From contig NC_043004.1 of assembly GCF_006345805.1 (NCBI RefSeq), positions 76,694,001-76,758,000 on the forward strand: DNA of 64,000 bases. Direction: 5' to 3'. The notes under the pieces are model-generated. The model did no database searches. It worked only from the letters and a program-made list of their open reading frames with translations, and had not been told where the DNA came from. This DNA is from Octopus sinensis (lineage: Eukaryota). Both the position numbers and the translations under genes were made by a program. Below are positions 12,337-25,304 of the stretch, piece after piece; within the stretch, counting starts at the first letter, position 1; the number at the start of each line of letters is the position of its first letter.

Positions 12337-12551
12337 GATTGACCAATAAGCTAATGATTCATTCCCCTTAACACAGGTGTTCATTTTAATTAATAAATAT
12401 TTCTCTAATTCTTATACTGCATATGTCAACACTGACCTATTATAAACTTTTGTTGTACCTATATGTGTATAAATTTATTTTGTATAAAAAGTATTTGTGT
12501 GTGTGAGCATATACATGTGTGCAAACATGAATGCGTATGTGTTTGCTTTTG

Positions 12552-12592
<41 letters not shown>

Positions 12593-14559
12593 CAGCAAAT
12601 AGCATATGATTATATATAGCAGTTATATTCATTACTCCTGAAATCTTGTCATATTTCTCTATTCATATTTATAGATAGTCTAATCTTAGATGAAATATTT
12701 TCTATGTTGTAATACACATCCTTCTTAGTACATGAATACATTATTCACTTCCTCCTTGTTAAACTGTCACTAAACCACAACTAACAAGAGGTACTCTTTA
12801 TGATCACTAGCCCTGCTAAAGATAGCATGCAATCATCCTCAAATGACACACTACCACCTTTAAAAATAGCAGGCAAACTTTTTTTTTAAATCCAGACCAT
12901 CACAATTAGGATGTTGTTTATTCAATCAGACCTGAAACCAGACAACATGTGCTGTTAAGCAAATATATCTTGGGACAGAAGATTTCAAGGGATTTTCATT
13001 TCAAGCATTCTTGAGAATTTAAGCAGAATATACTACATATATATATATTCAGAATCTTTTAGTGAGGGTATGTGGCCTGGTGGTTAAAGTGTTGCACTTG
13101 TGATAATAAGATCATGGTTTCAATTCTTGGATCAGGTGGTACATTATGTTCTTGAGCAAAACTTCAATTCATATTGCTCCAGTTCATTCAACCATAAATG
13201 AGAAACCCTGTTATGGACTAGAGAGTAGTTGAGGGGAAACCTTGTGATTTTAGTCACTTGTACTCTGCAGCAACAGAGCAGAGATGCATGGCTTAGTAGT
13301 TAGGCTGTTGGACTTGTGATCATAAGATTGTGGTTTCGATTCCTGGACTGGGGCTATGCTTACTGTTTTTTTAATACAGGATGTGTATTACAACATAGAA
13401 AATATTTCATCTAAGATTACACTATCTATAGATATGAATAGAGAAATATTACAACAGGAGTAATGAATATAACTGCTATATATAATCATATGCTATTTGC
13501 AGGCACACACACACACACACACACACACACAGTCATGTTGCTCTGGTTCACTCAGTGGGCAAAAAATGAGAATTCCTGTGATAGACCATAGTCCTGTCCA
13601 GCAGGGAAATATATGTGTCACAGAAACAGGGAAACCAGCTCTATGAGTCTTCATGACTTGGGAAGGATTTTTATCCTTTGATCTATTCATGGAAACTGAG
13701 TAACTGGCTCTATGAGTCCTAAAACTTGAGACAGTAATGTCCAGGAGATGATGATGATGATGATGATTATGATGATGATGACGACGACAGCAACCATTTG
13801 TAGATGAGTAAACAAGGGACTAAATATCGAAGGATCACACTGGAAGGTAGTGACATTTCATTGTAATGATTCTGCCAATCTACAATTCTTTTGAGTAGCA
13901 GTACTACAAGTAGTAGTAGTAATTAGCAAGATCTTTGAAAATTCCATGTTTTGTAAGTGTTCTTATTTCTGTCTGGCAATATAAATTTATAGATCATAGC
14001 ATTGTTTCAATATGTTGCAGATTCGGATTATGTCTCCGATTTCATTCTCTAGTTAAGGCCGATGGTAGTATAACACACAAACTTGTTTCATTGTGTTAAA
14101 GATTCTTCATTATATCTTCAGTTCCATTCTATGTTTAAGCTTGTTTAAAGCGTAACGCTCAAACTTATTCCAATGTTGAAGATTTACCCCCCACACCCTC
14201 TAATCCATCATTCCCTATTGCTACCTTTAAACCCCATCCAATCTTTATAGATGTTGCCTACCTCCTCTTTTCAATCTCCCCTACCTCTTGCACAACTCCC
14301 TATACACTCTTTGCATATCCCTCACCTCTCCACACACTTAGCTTCCCTGTTACCACTCACTTCTATTCATCTTGTACCTTGAGGGGCCACCAGGACATTT
14401 CATCACTCCTATTTATCACTCCACAGCTACTACCGATTCATTTTCATTCTTTCTCCTAAATGTGAGTAATCATGTAACTCCTCCACAAGAACCTGCTCTG
14501 CCCCCATCTACTTCTCATATCTTATCTTCCCAACCCCATCTCTTAGCATAAATCTGTCA

Positions 14560-14763
14560 CCCTTCCTTAGGTTTCATAGTCATGCAAGCTGCATGGTGGC
14601 CTCATTAATGCCTGTGGCACGAGAAAAGACTCCAGTACACTCTATAAAGTGGTTGGAGTTAGGAAGGGCATCAAAGCAGACACTGGAGCAGGATGCAGTC
14701 CTTGGGCCTATCAGATCCTGCTAAACCATCCAACCCATGTCAGCATAGAACATGGACGTTAAT

Positions 14764-14795
<32 letters not shown>
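14560..14795 (+). mobile_element. RTE-tailed element (family D), preceded by a C-rich tract from about 14170
   Basis: ggagttaggaagggcatc...aaaccatccaacccatgtcagcat...gacgttaattgatgatg. Relatives at 24625-24930(-), 37300-37930, 47745-47950(-), 53810-54115(-) and 58125-58570. Confidence 0.72.
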
Positions 14796-14797
<2 letters not shown>

Positions 14798-14879
14798 TTC
14801 ATTCTGTAATGAAGGTTCTTAAGAGTGTAACACTGAAATACATCTCGTGGCAAACAGAATATTAATTGTGAATATTATT

Positions 14880-15075
14880 CCCGAGCACGCCAGACAAAAT
14901 GCTTAGCAACATTTCACCTGTCTTTATGTCCTGAGTTCAAATTTCATTGAGAGTCAACTTAACCTTTCATCTTTATGGGGTCAATAAAATAGGTACCAGT
15001 CAAGTACTGGAGGTCCATGTTACTGATTTCACCCCTCCCCTCAAAAACTGCTGGCCTTGCACCAAAATTTAAAGC
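14880..15075 (+). mobile_element. 5'-truncated SINE A
   Basis: aaatgcttagc...gagttcaaa...ggccttgcaccaaaa. Confidence 0.7.
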
Positions 15076-16006
15076 CATTATTATAAATACAATTAATAAT
15101 ACATCTAAAGCTAATTTTGGAGACTCTTTATTAAAAAAGATATTTTTTCAGATTCATTAAGTAAAGTTTTTCTCGCCTGAAAGAAAGCAGAACTGTTTGA
15201 ATTGAACCAATAGCTTCTTGTGGAAGTGAAAATGTCTAAGTGGTTAGAGTCTGACAACTCTTGGGTTTAGACATGACATTCTCTGCAGGTATTGCATGCA
15301 TTTCTTTTATATTTGCGCTGTACACTTCACTTTACTGTCTTCAGTCAGGAAAATTTACTTGTGATAGATTAACATCTTAATCAAGATCAAACATATGATA
15401 AGCACAAGTTCTTAAGAACCATCCCACACAACTTGAGACAGCTTTTCGGTATAAATATAAAGACAATAGTTACTTAGTAATCCTATAAAACTGGCTTTTA
15501 AGGCTTATTTGATACATAGATCAATGATCATTAACTTCAAACATGAAGATAAGTGTGCTTTATTTTTCAACAACTTCTAATAGATAAAGAAAATAATTTA
15601 AGTTCTTTTGTGTCTTATAGCCTTTCATGTGTTGATAGCGCTATTGTAGTGGTATATGAGTAGGAGTTTATTCTTCAGTATATTCAATGTCTTAATATTT
15701 CAAATTAAGAAAAAGCAGCTCCAGTAAACCATTTTTATCTTCTTCCTTCATTCGTTTATTCTTTTACTTATTTCAGTCATTTGACTGCAGCCATGCTGGA
15801 GCACTGCCTTTAGTTGAACAGATTGACACCAGGACTTATTCTTTGTAAGCCTAATACTTATTCTATCGGTCTCTTTTGCTGAAACGCTAAGTTACGGGGA
15901 CATAAACACACCAACATCGGTTGTCAAGCAATAGTGGGGAGGACAAACACAAACACACAAACATACAAACATATAAATACACACACACACACACACACAT
16001 ATATAT

Positions 16007-16510
16007 AAGGGGAGAATTCACAAGAAAACAGAAGATGAAGACAGGTGGTGTAGACAACAAATAGATGTATTAGTTTAATGCTCAGGAAGGGAAAAAGTCT
16101 TTAACGTTTCGAGCCTACACTCTTCCACAGAAAGGAACACAGAAAGAAACAGAGATAAAATAAAGAATGCGTAGTGGCAAGCGATCTATCATGGAGAATG
16201 CTGAACAGAGGGGTGACACAGGAGAACTAGGAAGAAGGGGAAGCGAGATAATAAAGTAGTGGTGATCCCAAAACGAAGGTGCACATGTGTATAAGAGACC
16301 ATGTATGTGCATGTGGAGAGGGCTGGTGACCTTGACGTGTGTGTGTGTGTATGTATAGGTGTGTTGATGTGGGGCTGGGAAATGCTAGTGTGTGTGTGCT
16401 GGTGTGATGCGATGTGGTGTTGTGTGGTATGGTGGTGTATGGTGTAGTGGTGTGGTGTGATGAAGTTGGGATGTGGGGGAGGCGAGAGTGGGGAAAGCAA
16501 GGGTGGAGTA
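16007..16510 (-). mobile_element. Penelope-like terminal fragment (C/A-rich stretch plus hammerhead-like motif) inserted at the SINE's TA run
   Basis: Homologous to 47050-47212; contains CTGTGGAAGAG-TGTAGG-CTCGAAACGTT. No RT or GIY-YIG ORF, so the clade call is indirect. Confidence 0.55.
16099..16134 (-). ncRNA. Minimal type I hammerhead-ribozyme-like motif (A6U variant)
   Basis: CUUU-CUGUGGA-A-GAG-UGUAGG-CUC-GAAAC-GU-U-AAAG: stem I CUUU/AAAG, stem II GAG/CUC, palindromic AACGUU in place of stem III. Confidence 0.45.
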
Positions 16511-18299
16511 AGGACAAGCTTCTTTCAGTTTCTGTCTACCAAGTCCACTCACAAGGCTTTGATCGGCCCAAGGCTTTGATCGGCCCAAGGCTATAGTAGA
16601 AGACACTTACCCAAGGTGCCCATGCAGTAAGACTGAACTCAGAACCATATGACTGGTAAGCAAGCTACTTACCACACAGCCATTCCTGCACCTTTATTTA
16701 TTTTTTTGAGAGCTAAGACTTGTATTTGATTTGGGGAACTAACAAATAAAATGATCTTTTGATTTAAATTGAAGGAACAGAAAAACACTGACAAAATCAG
16801 TAGACAAAAGTAAGACAGGAATGTTATATATATATCTGAAAAAAATATACGAAAGGTTTTGCTATATAATTAAGACTTCATTTGTATTTATGAGAGTCTG
16901 TGCCCTTATAACACAGCGGCTCTTAACAAAAATATTTATGAATGTATACACTACACACACACCTATGTATTTATATATATTAAGTACATACACACACACT
17001 TAAGTGTAAGCACTCACATGACATAAGACACAAATAAAATATTAACGAACAGTACTTAAAATACTCGTACATAATCAATGAAGGAGTCTAATGAAAACAA
17101 AAGAACAAAGAGAAAACAAACTATTTTACTATTTGTGCTAGTTATAGATAAACTATAGCAGAGATAACGTTAGAGATATATTAAACAGTAGCAATACTGA
17201 AGTATATTCCTGTTTAACGATAGCTAAGCAAGAAGGCAAAATATCTAGTTTTCTTTATCTAGGAGTTATGAAATGAGTAATCCACAAAGGGAAAATGTCA
17301 TAAACTAAAAATCTTATTTGAAAAGTAAATAAGAGAGGGAGATAGAGGGGGAGAGAGAGAAAATCTAATCTACTGAATGAATCTCGAAAATAACCTTTAT
17401 TTAAATACTTGTAACTAGCATTATTGAACTGGTCCTTACATGGAATCTCTAAGGAAAATGGGGAAGAGTCTGACCAAGAATTACCTAGTATAGAGTCCTG
17501 TAAGGGGATGCCTCGGAGGCAAGGTACACCCTAGATGAACTACAGGAAAAAGAGGAGAACGAGTATCAGAGGCCCAAGACACAATGGAAACAAGAGGGTA
17601 AAAAAAAATAACAACAAAATAATAAACACCGAGTATAAATGATAAAGACGATAAAGACTTTTTCTTTTTAAAATCAATATAATGATTATTGTCTGTTGGC
17701 CCAGATATGTTGTGCTTAAATTTAGAGTCATGTGATATAGAGAAAAGTATCAGTTGGACTTTTTTCTGCAGGTGTTGTGTAGAAGAATATATGTACATGA
17801 TCTCAAGGCTGGGCAACTGTTTAATGGGTCAAACTGAAATAAATTTTTTATGGAAATGGGAAATTTATCAATATGCTTTTATTACATATTATCAAAGTAA
17901 AAATTTAAGGTGTGTCAGTCACAATCTAAGGGAGGGATATAAGGTGTGTCAATCACATTTTAACTGTGCTATTTTCAGATTTTATGTATTTTTTGCTTCA
18001 GCAAGTTGGGCAGTAGGATAATTATTCTCTCTCTGTCTTTGTCTGCCTCTCTCTCTCTCTGTCTCTGTCTGCCTCTCTCTCTCTCTCCCCTCTTGTAAAA
18101 ATTTCAGTTTGTAACTATGATATTTGTTAACATTTATTTTTTTGTTATTGTTTTTTTATCTATTCACATCAGAGAGCCAACAAACACCATCTAATCAGGG
18201 TATATTTGAAAACCAAAGCAGATTTAACACCATTATTTAATAAACAATGCTTAAAATACCATCATTTTTCATTTCATTTGTATCACATTTAAAAAAAAA

Positions 18300-18460
18300 T
18301 AATTCTTTCTAAATTTGGCACAAGGCCAGCAATTTAGCGGGGCTTGAGCAAATTGATTATATTGATTCCAGTGTTCAATCGGTACTTATTTCTATCAACC
18401 CCAAATAGATGAAAGACAAAGTTGATCCCAACAGAATTTAAAATTCAGAACATAAAACAA
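18300..18460 (-). mobile_element. 5'-truncated SINE A
   Basis: ggcacaaggccagc...cagaatttaaaattcagaac. Confidence 0.7.
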
Positions 18461-18905
18461 AAAAAAAAAAATGAAGAAAAGCTACCACTATGCATTCATT
18501 ACACAACCAATGATTTATCCTGAGATCATTCCAAATAATAAATATTTCATGCAGTTGTTTAGATCCAATTCAACCTTGAATAAGCAGACTTATCGTCAAA
18601 GGTATTCCAACCATGACCATTTCGTCTTACATTCAGGCATTATATATCTAGTAGTACATTGTCTAATGTGCCCCTTTCTATTCAAGATGGCAGAGTTTAA
18701 TTTGAAGAGAATCTAACTGATTAAACAACCAAGTAGATATTATCTTGTTGGCAAAAGATATTTGAAGTTCATTGTTTCTGTATAATACCATATAACTTAG
18801 CATTTATAGATTGTTAACAGTTCTAGAAATTCCTTTATATATCTTCCAAATACGACAATTTCTTGATAGTGCACTATCTTTTTGAAAGTATTCCAGATAA
18901 TAATT

Positions 18906-18939
<34 letters not shown>

Positions 18940-19132
18940 TATCATCATTGGTATTTCTGTTGTTGTTGTTGCTTTGTTTTATATAAGCTGTTCCAAGTCT
19001 CAGCCAGAGACTTCAGCTAGCAGCAAGTTGGATGTTTTACTATGGATATTAGTAATGATTAGCGATAATATATTGTAGGGAAAGGAAACCAGATTCTGAG
19101 AATAATTATCATTATCATTATTATTATATCAG

Positions 19133-19343
19133 GCGGTGAGCTGGCAGAAACGTTAGCAATCCAGGCAAAATGTTTAGCAGTATTTTGTCTGTCTTTACAT
19201 TCTGAGTTCAAATTCCACCAAGGTCGACTTTGCCTTTCATGCTTTTGGGGTTGATAAATAAAGTATCAGTTGCGTACTGGGGTCGATCTAATCGACTGGT
19301 GCCCTCCCCCGAAATTTTGGGCCTTGTGTCTAGAGTAGAAAAG

Positions 19344-19378
<35 letters not shown>

Positions 19379-19840
19379 ACTGTCTTTATGTTCTGAGTTC
19401 AAATTCCGCTGAGGTTAATTTTGCCTTTCATCTTTTCAGGGTCGACAAATTAAGTACTAGTAAAGAACTGGGGTTGATGAAATTGATTTAACCCCTCCTC
19501 CAAAATTTCAGGCCTTGTGCCTATAGTAGAAAGGATTATTACTATTATTATCATTATTATTATCATTAAGGCAGTGAGTTGGCAGAATCGTTAGCATGCT
19601 GGACGAAATGCTTAGCGGTATTTCACCTGTCACTACATTCTGAGTTTAAATTCTGCTGAGGTCAACTTTGCCTTTCATCCTTTCAGGGTCAACAAAATAA
19701 GTACCAGTTACGCATTTAGGTGGGGGGAGGGCGATGTAATTAACTAGTCTCCTCCCACCAAATTTCAGGCCTTGTGCCTTCAGTAGAAAGGATTATTATT
19801 ATTATTATTATTAAATTATTATTATTATCATTATTATTAT
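19133..19840 (+). mobile_element. Head-to-tail trimer of SINE A, each copy ending in (ATT)n
   Basis: Monomers at about 19133-19345, 19378-19535 (5'-truncated) and 19569-19790. Confidence 0.88.
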
Positions 19841-20559
19841 TTTCCATTAGCATTATTATTCATTATCATTTGCATCAATTCATTTCATTTTAATGACTTT
19901 TCTACACTTCTGATATGTTCATTAATTACATTCTTCATGCAGTATCAAGTCCATATATCCTTAATTGCTATGTATCCAACATCAGCTGCTTTCTTCATAC
20001 TGTTCTGCTATGGAGATCCTTACCGCTAATTGTTAAATTAATCAGAACTATTTCTATCTTCAGTTATATGAAACCCTTTCTTGACAATTTAAGCTTCTTC
20101 TGCAATTCTTGAACAAATTATACAATAAATCCATATAAATTACATTTATAAGTTCACAATAGTACACTTGAATGCTATTATTCGGATTTAAATCCATTTG
20201 AGAATTTAGCTATATTAAAGTTAGAATTTCAGGGCTTCAGTGGACTGAAATAATTATTCAGATTATACAATTCCAATAATCTCCAGATACAGTCATGGTT
20301 TTTATGACCATTTTTCCATGCTTGTATGGATCGAACAAAGTTTACTGAGGCAAATTTTCTACAGTCAGATGCCTTTCCTCCTGCCAACCCTCAATCATTT
20401 CCGAATGAGGTAATATTTTCCCATGATACATACAGAATACTGGAAATGAATGACACTGTTTGCATGGTAATGATACTCGTTTACAGTTATCACACAATGT
20501 CAAGACAAGGACACACAAACACACACATACACACACTTACATAGATATATACATATAAT

Positions 20560-20710
20560 AGGTTCCATTCAATTTCTATCTACCAAATCCACTTCCATGA
20601 CGTTGGTCCACATGCGGCTAAAGTACAAGACTCTTGCCAAGGTGTCATGAGGTGGGACTGAACTTGAAACCACATCATTAGGAAACTAACTTCTTAACTA
20701 CACACGTATG
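20560..20710 (-). mobile_element. Degenerate SINE B head
   Basis: tctatctaccaaatccac...ttgccaaggtgtcatgaggtgggactgaac. Confidence 0.65.
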
Positions 20711-22239
20711 TCTACAGTTATACTAAAATGAAAATCCACTTGCACAAAAGTTAAATTAGTCAGAGAAAAGAAATATAATATTGCCACATCAGCTCTATGC
20801 CTTTTTATGTCTCAGCTATAAAAATTCCATGGTAAAAGATTTTCTAGCATTATGGTCGAAGAAGATAATATATAGTTGTGCCAGTTGTATACTGGAATAA
20901 AGCTCTGTATAGTTGTGTACGGGCATAAACGTGTGAAAAGAAGGCTGAATTCTCTAACCCCACCTAACATTTTGCTTACAATAAATTGGTTTATAACACA
21001 GATTTATTTATAACATGCATAGTCACTGGCTCAATTTTCTTGTGATTTATTTGTTTTAGACATTTTTATTAGTTTAACTGGAAAGTTTTATTCTAATCAA
21101 ACTATATTATTGTCACATTCATCTCCAGCACTACGGAGAGGATTGCTATGAAAGTAGTTGATTGCTAGTTTTTCAATATAGGATAGTGTGCCAATTGGCT
21201 AAGAACATTTCAGTATTTGCAATTACTTTCAGCAGTCATGTCATGTGGGGAACAGGTGATCAATAAATTGTTAAGTTGAACAAGCAGAATCTACTTTAGT
21301 AGCTGCAACCATATTGACGGGCCCAATTGCTCTATAGTTTAGCAACATCACTCCTTAGCTTAGCAGTTCAGCCATCTTTATCTTCCCTCTTTATATATTT
21401 TTCTAATCTTGGAGAACAGTAATTTTCATTAGGACATAGTGCTTTTGATAATCAATTATTTTATTTTTTTTTAAAGGAAAATATAATATTTCCCCAAATG
21501 TAATATTTTGAAAAAGAAAATCATTTTGCATTCAATATGATAACAATGCCATAAAAATTTCAAACATATCAATTCAAAACATTGACATATATTTCAAGTT
21601 AATTCTGCAATCAATAAATGTTACAGATCTGATATCATTTTTAGAAGAAAAGTATAATTTTTATAATATTCCCTGATGTCTCTCATTTCTAATTTTTGAT
21701 ATAAAGTCTATTTAAACTGAATTCTAAAGTTCTACTCTAACATTCTACAGCAAATCACAAATCATTGTCACTATAGTCCCTGAAATTCTCCAAAAGTAAA
21801 GAATAAGCATTGCTTTTTCTATTTTGATAAAAGATGTCTTCAGACAATCAAATCAATCAAAATTTCAAGAATTATAAGGCCAGAATGATGATCTTTAAGG
21901 TAGCCATAAAACGTTCTTATATATTATTTAAAAAATAACCAATAAAATAATTTTGTAAATAATTTTGTGTAGTTATTGTATAGATTGGTGATCTCAGTTT
22001 TTAAATGTATAAGTTTTAAAGGTTCTTTACAATTTCAAATCATTTCAATCATACAAAGAATTCTTTCTATATTCTTTGTCAGGTTTAATCTAAGTAAGGT
22101 GATATTTCCCCGTGACCAGACATATTTTTATGGAAGACTGATAATGAAGAACACCACTTGCATGACAGTGACGCTTCATTGCAACTGTCATGTCAAATCA
22201 AGGCAACAAGAGAGTAACACACACACACACACAGTATAT

Positions 22240-22380
22240 ACACAACAAGCTTCTTTCAGTTTCCATCTAACAAACCTGCTCAAAAGGCTATCATAGAAGA
22301 TAATTGATCAAGGTGACAAGCAGTGGGACAGAAGCTGAAATCATGCAGTTGAAAAGTAAACTTCATTTCACACTGCCTCG
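22240..22380 (-). mobile_element. Degenerate SINE B head
   Basis: aagcttctttcagtttccatcta...caaggtgacaagcagtgggac. Confidence 0.6.
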
Positions 22381-23643
22381 CTTGTGCTTTAATAAATTCC
22401 TAGGACAAAATCTGTCTTTAATAATTATCATACTTAATAATTTGATAGAAACAGTGGCAAAAAAGTCCTTAGAACAATTGTAACTTTACTAGTGTCTGGT
22501 TATTTGGTTTCACCATCAGTATCATAACCATCACTATCATCATTTTGTATCTACTTTTCTATGTTAGTTTAGTTTGTAGAGGTTTTCAGAGGTAGTGTTT
22601 TACAGCCAGATATTTTTCATATCACTAACCCACTTCACTGTATACACACATTAGAGACAATGGAAGAAAACTTGTCAAAAAAAGTTACAAAAAATACTTA
22701 GTATTTTTGATTTTGGGGGGACAAAGAAGGCTTGGTAAGTTTTTTTAAAAAATACAAAGAGAATTGGATTTTATGCATGAGTATGTGTATGTTTTGTACA
22801 CACACACGCACACACACACAGAGTTTGAGTTTATTTTGTGGTACTAAACCATCAGTTAACTGTTGAAGAATATGAAATTTTCTGGAATTCTAGTTTAAAA
22901 TTTTGTTGTACTTATGGTGAGTAGGGGACTGTTTTAGAAAACAGATATCAATCTGCATTGGATATATATATTTACAAATTGATATATACCTTTATAAATT
23001 ATATGAATATATCTATCTTCATGAATCACATATCAATAACCATTGTTCACTTAAAAATTCCATAAAAAATTACAAATTAACAAAATTTATAAAAAAAACT
23101 ATAGTTCTGCTTCTTCCTTCTTTATAGTTGTTGAGAAAATATTTCTTTCGTTGTATATAGACTAAAAAACAAATTATATTAAAGAGTAAGCATTCTGAAC
23201 TTAAGCAATATAAGTTAAAATCTTAGATCAAGTACTTATATGCTTTTTTTTTTTTCACAAGCCCTAGGATTTATAAGACCAATTTCTATGGTATGCAAGT
23301 AATTGAGATTACAGCACTTCCCTTGAACAGGATGCATATCTGTCACAGGGTTAACTTTCCAGCTATTGCCTGAAATTGTTCACAACTGAGTGGACTGAAG
23401 CAATGTAAAAGGAAGAGTTTTGTTCAATAATGCAACACATTACCCAGTCTGGGAATCGAAATCATAGCCTTGCGATTGAGAGTGCAATGTCCTTACTACT
23501 AGAACTCGAAAACCTATTGTGAAATAACCTGTTGGAACAACAACAAACAATAACATCACCATTAGCAAAAAAAAAATCATTTTTTTTTTACAGAAAATTA
23601 GTCATGTGTAAATAACAAAATTAGAAAAGCGTTATTAATTTAC

Positions 23644-23816
23644 CTATTGGAAAACTCCAAGTCTGTACTGGTGGTAAGTACATTGAGAGTACTTGGACTG
23701 TTCCGGCTATTAATAGGTTCATCCTTTTTGGGGACATCTAATACAGCAGTTTTAGTTGTCATGGCTGACCCCTCACTAGCATTGTATTCTGGAAGAATGT
23801 TTCTTTCTAATGTCAT
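23644..23816 (-). CDS. MAP3K13: First coding exon of a DLK/LZK-family MAP3K (MTLERNILPEYNASEGSAMTTKTAVLDVPKKDEPINSRNSPSTLNVLTTSTDLEFSN + 2 nt); 5'UTR part is 23817-23834
   Basis: Minus strand: acceptor ttttgcag at 23836-23835, in-frame TAA upstream of ATG 23816, 173 nt open (57 codons + AG), donor AG|gtaaat at 23643. The phase-2 end matches the 1-nt start of exon 1798-2027. The join gives FSN-S-MLQLE, resembling FENSVLQL (LZK) and FANSVLQL (DLK) as I recall them. Not in the ORF track (under 60 aa). MAP3K12 vs MAP3K13 cannot be resolved; invertebrates usually have one co-ortholog. Confidence 0.85.
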
Positions 23817-24224
23817 GATTAATATTTAGAGTACCTGCAAAACAAAATGAAAAAATACAGATAAATTAATAGTGAAAATGAAAATTAAAAACATTTAGGA
23901 AACTTCAGAAAAATTGGCTTTGAAAATTGCATAAACTTACTATTGAAAATAAAAGAAGCTCTAAATGTAGTTTAACGTTCCATTTCAAACTCAGTTGAAA
24001 TGAAGAGTTATAGGGGAAAATGGTTGGTTGTTTTATAGGATTATCTGCTACAAAATTATCTGTAATTACTCACAAGATCATTTACTACATACAATTCCTC
24101 TGTCTATTCACCTGATTCCAAAGTCTTCAGACTTAATTTTATTATATCGCTTGTGATGCCAAACTACAACACAGTGACCCTTTAGAATGCTGCTAACAGC
24201 TTAAAATAATTTTATTCAGTATTA

Positions 24225-24620
24225 ATAATAATGGTTTCAAGTTCTGGCACAAGGCCAACAGTTTTGAGAGGAGGACTTAATTATCTCAACCTTAATATTT
24301 GATTGTTATTTAAATTTTTTTTGGTCCCAAAGGGATTAAAGGGAAAGTTGGTCTAGGTGGGACTTGAACTCAGAATGTGAAGCCCTAGAGCAACAAGACA
24401 TTTTCCCAATGCTCTACCAATTTCGTCAGCTTGTCACCTTAATAATGACACTAACTATTTCAAATTTTGGTACTAGGTCAGGAATTTTAGGGAGAGTGGG
24501 GTTAGTCAATTACATCAACTCAACTGCTCAACTGGTGCGTATTTCATTAATCCTAAAAAGATGAAAGGCAAATTGATCTGAAAGGAATTTGAACTGAGAG
24601 CCAATTCTGCTGGCTTCAAT
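24225..24620 (-). mobile_element. Two tandem degenerate SINE A copies
   Basis: Two tail-to-B-box cores. Confidence 0.65.
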
Positions 24621-25304
24621 ATTAATCATCATCACCATCATTTAACAACCGCTTTCCATGCTGACAGGAGCTGGCAAGGTCAGGGGCTGCACCAAGCTCC
24701 ATTGTCTGTTTTAGTAAGGTTTCTACAGCTGAATGCCCTTCCTAATGCCAACTTTACAGAGTGTACTAGGTGCTTCTTACATGGCACCAGCACTGACAGG
24801 GTTACCAAGGACCTTGCAAGACAAAAATCTTTCAACTGGGAGTGGGGAGTGGTACTGAGGCAGGGATATGGTTCTGCACCTGTTGAAAGATTAAAGGTAT
24901 AGAGGGACAGAGATAGGTGTCTTGCTGAAATGTAAATACTATGATTAGAAAAGGATGAAGAAATAGTGTTGAGGGATAAAGTTATTGAAGCAGTACACCA
25001 TTTACAAATGTTTTTTTTTATTACACAGCACTGTTTGTAACTGACTGTCATTGGTTACAAGTTTACAATGAGGCAATCCCAAGGGCAAGAGTGATAAAGA
25101 TATGTCTGTAATTTGGTGCAAAGGATTTCATTTTCTCAAAGATTTCATTTGATGACCATTGGATTTTCACCAATGTTTACATCTTTTGCTAATATACATT
25201 GGAAATATATTAATCTCCCTGTCCCTCTATATGTATACACACACACACATACACATGCACACACACACATACACACATGCATGCACACACACACATATAC
25301 ACAT

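Larger units (their letters stand above)
15755..16692 (-). mobile_element. SINE B split by a roughly 500-bp insertion; 17-bp tandem duplication at 16553-16586
   Basis: 3' half at 15755-15985 and head at 16510-16692 both align with 34-427. Confidence 0.82.
2028..23643 (-). other. 21.6 kb phase-2 GT-AG intron of the MAP3K gene
   Basis: Donor at 23643, acceptor at 2028, frame-preserving join that rebuilds a conserved motif. Intervening alternative exons cannot be excluded. Confidence 0.78.

Noticed and set aside
19133-19840. Regular repeat-spacer look suggesting a CRISPR array
   Set aside because: Units are 160-220 nt SINEs with microsatellite linkers in eukaryotic DNA; no cas genes.
23647-23829. 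Plus-strand 60-aa ORF
   Set aside because: Antisense shadow of the real minus-strand exon.
23935-23941. GTAAGT that would define a 106-nt 5'UTR intron above exon 23834
   Set aside because: Poor exon-side context (ATA), and the same bases also read as an acceptor; unresolved without RNA data.
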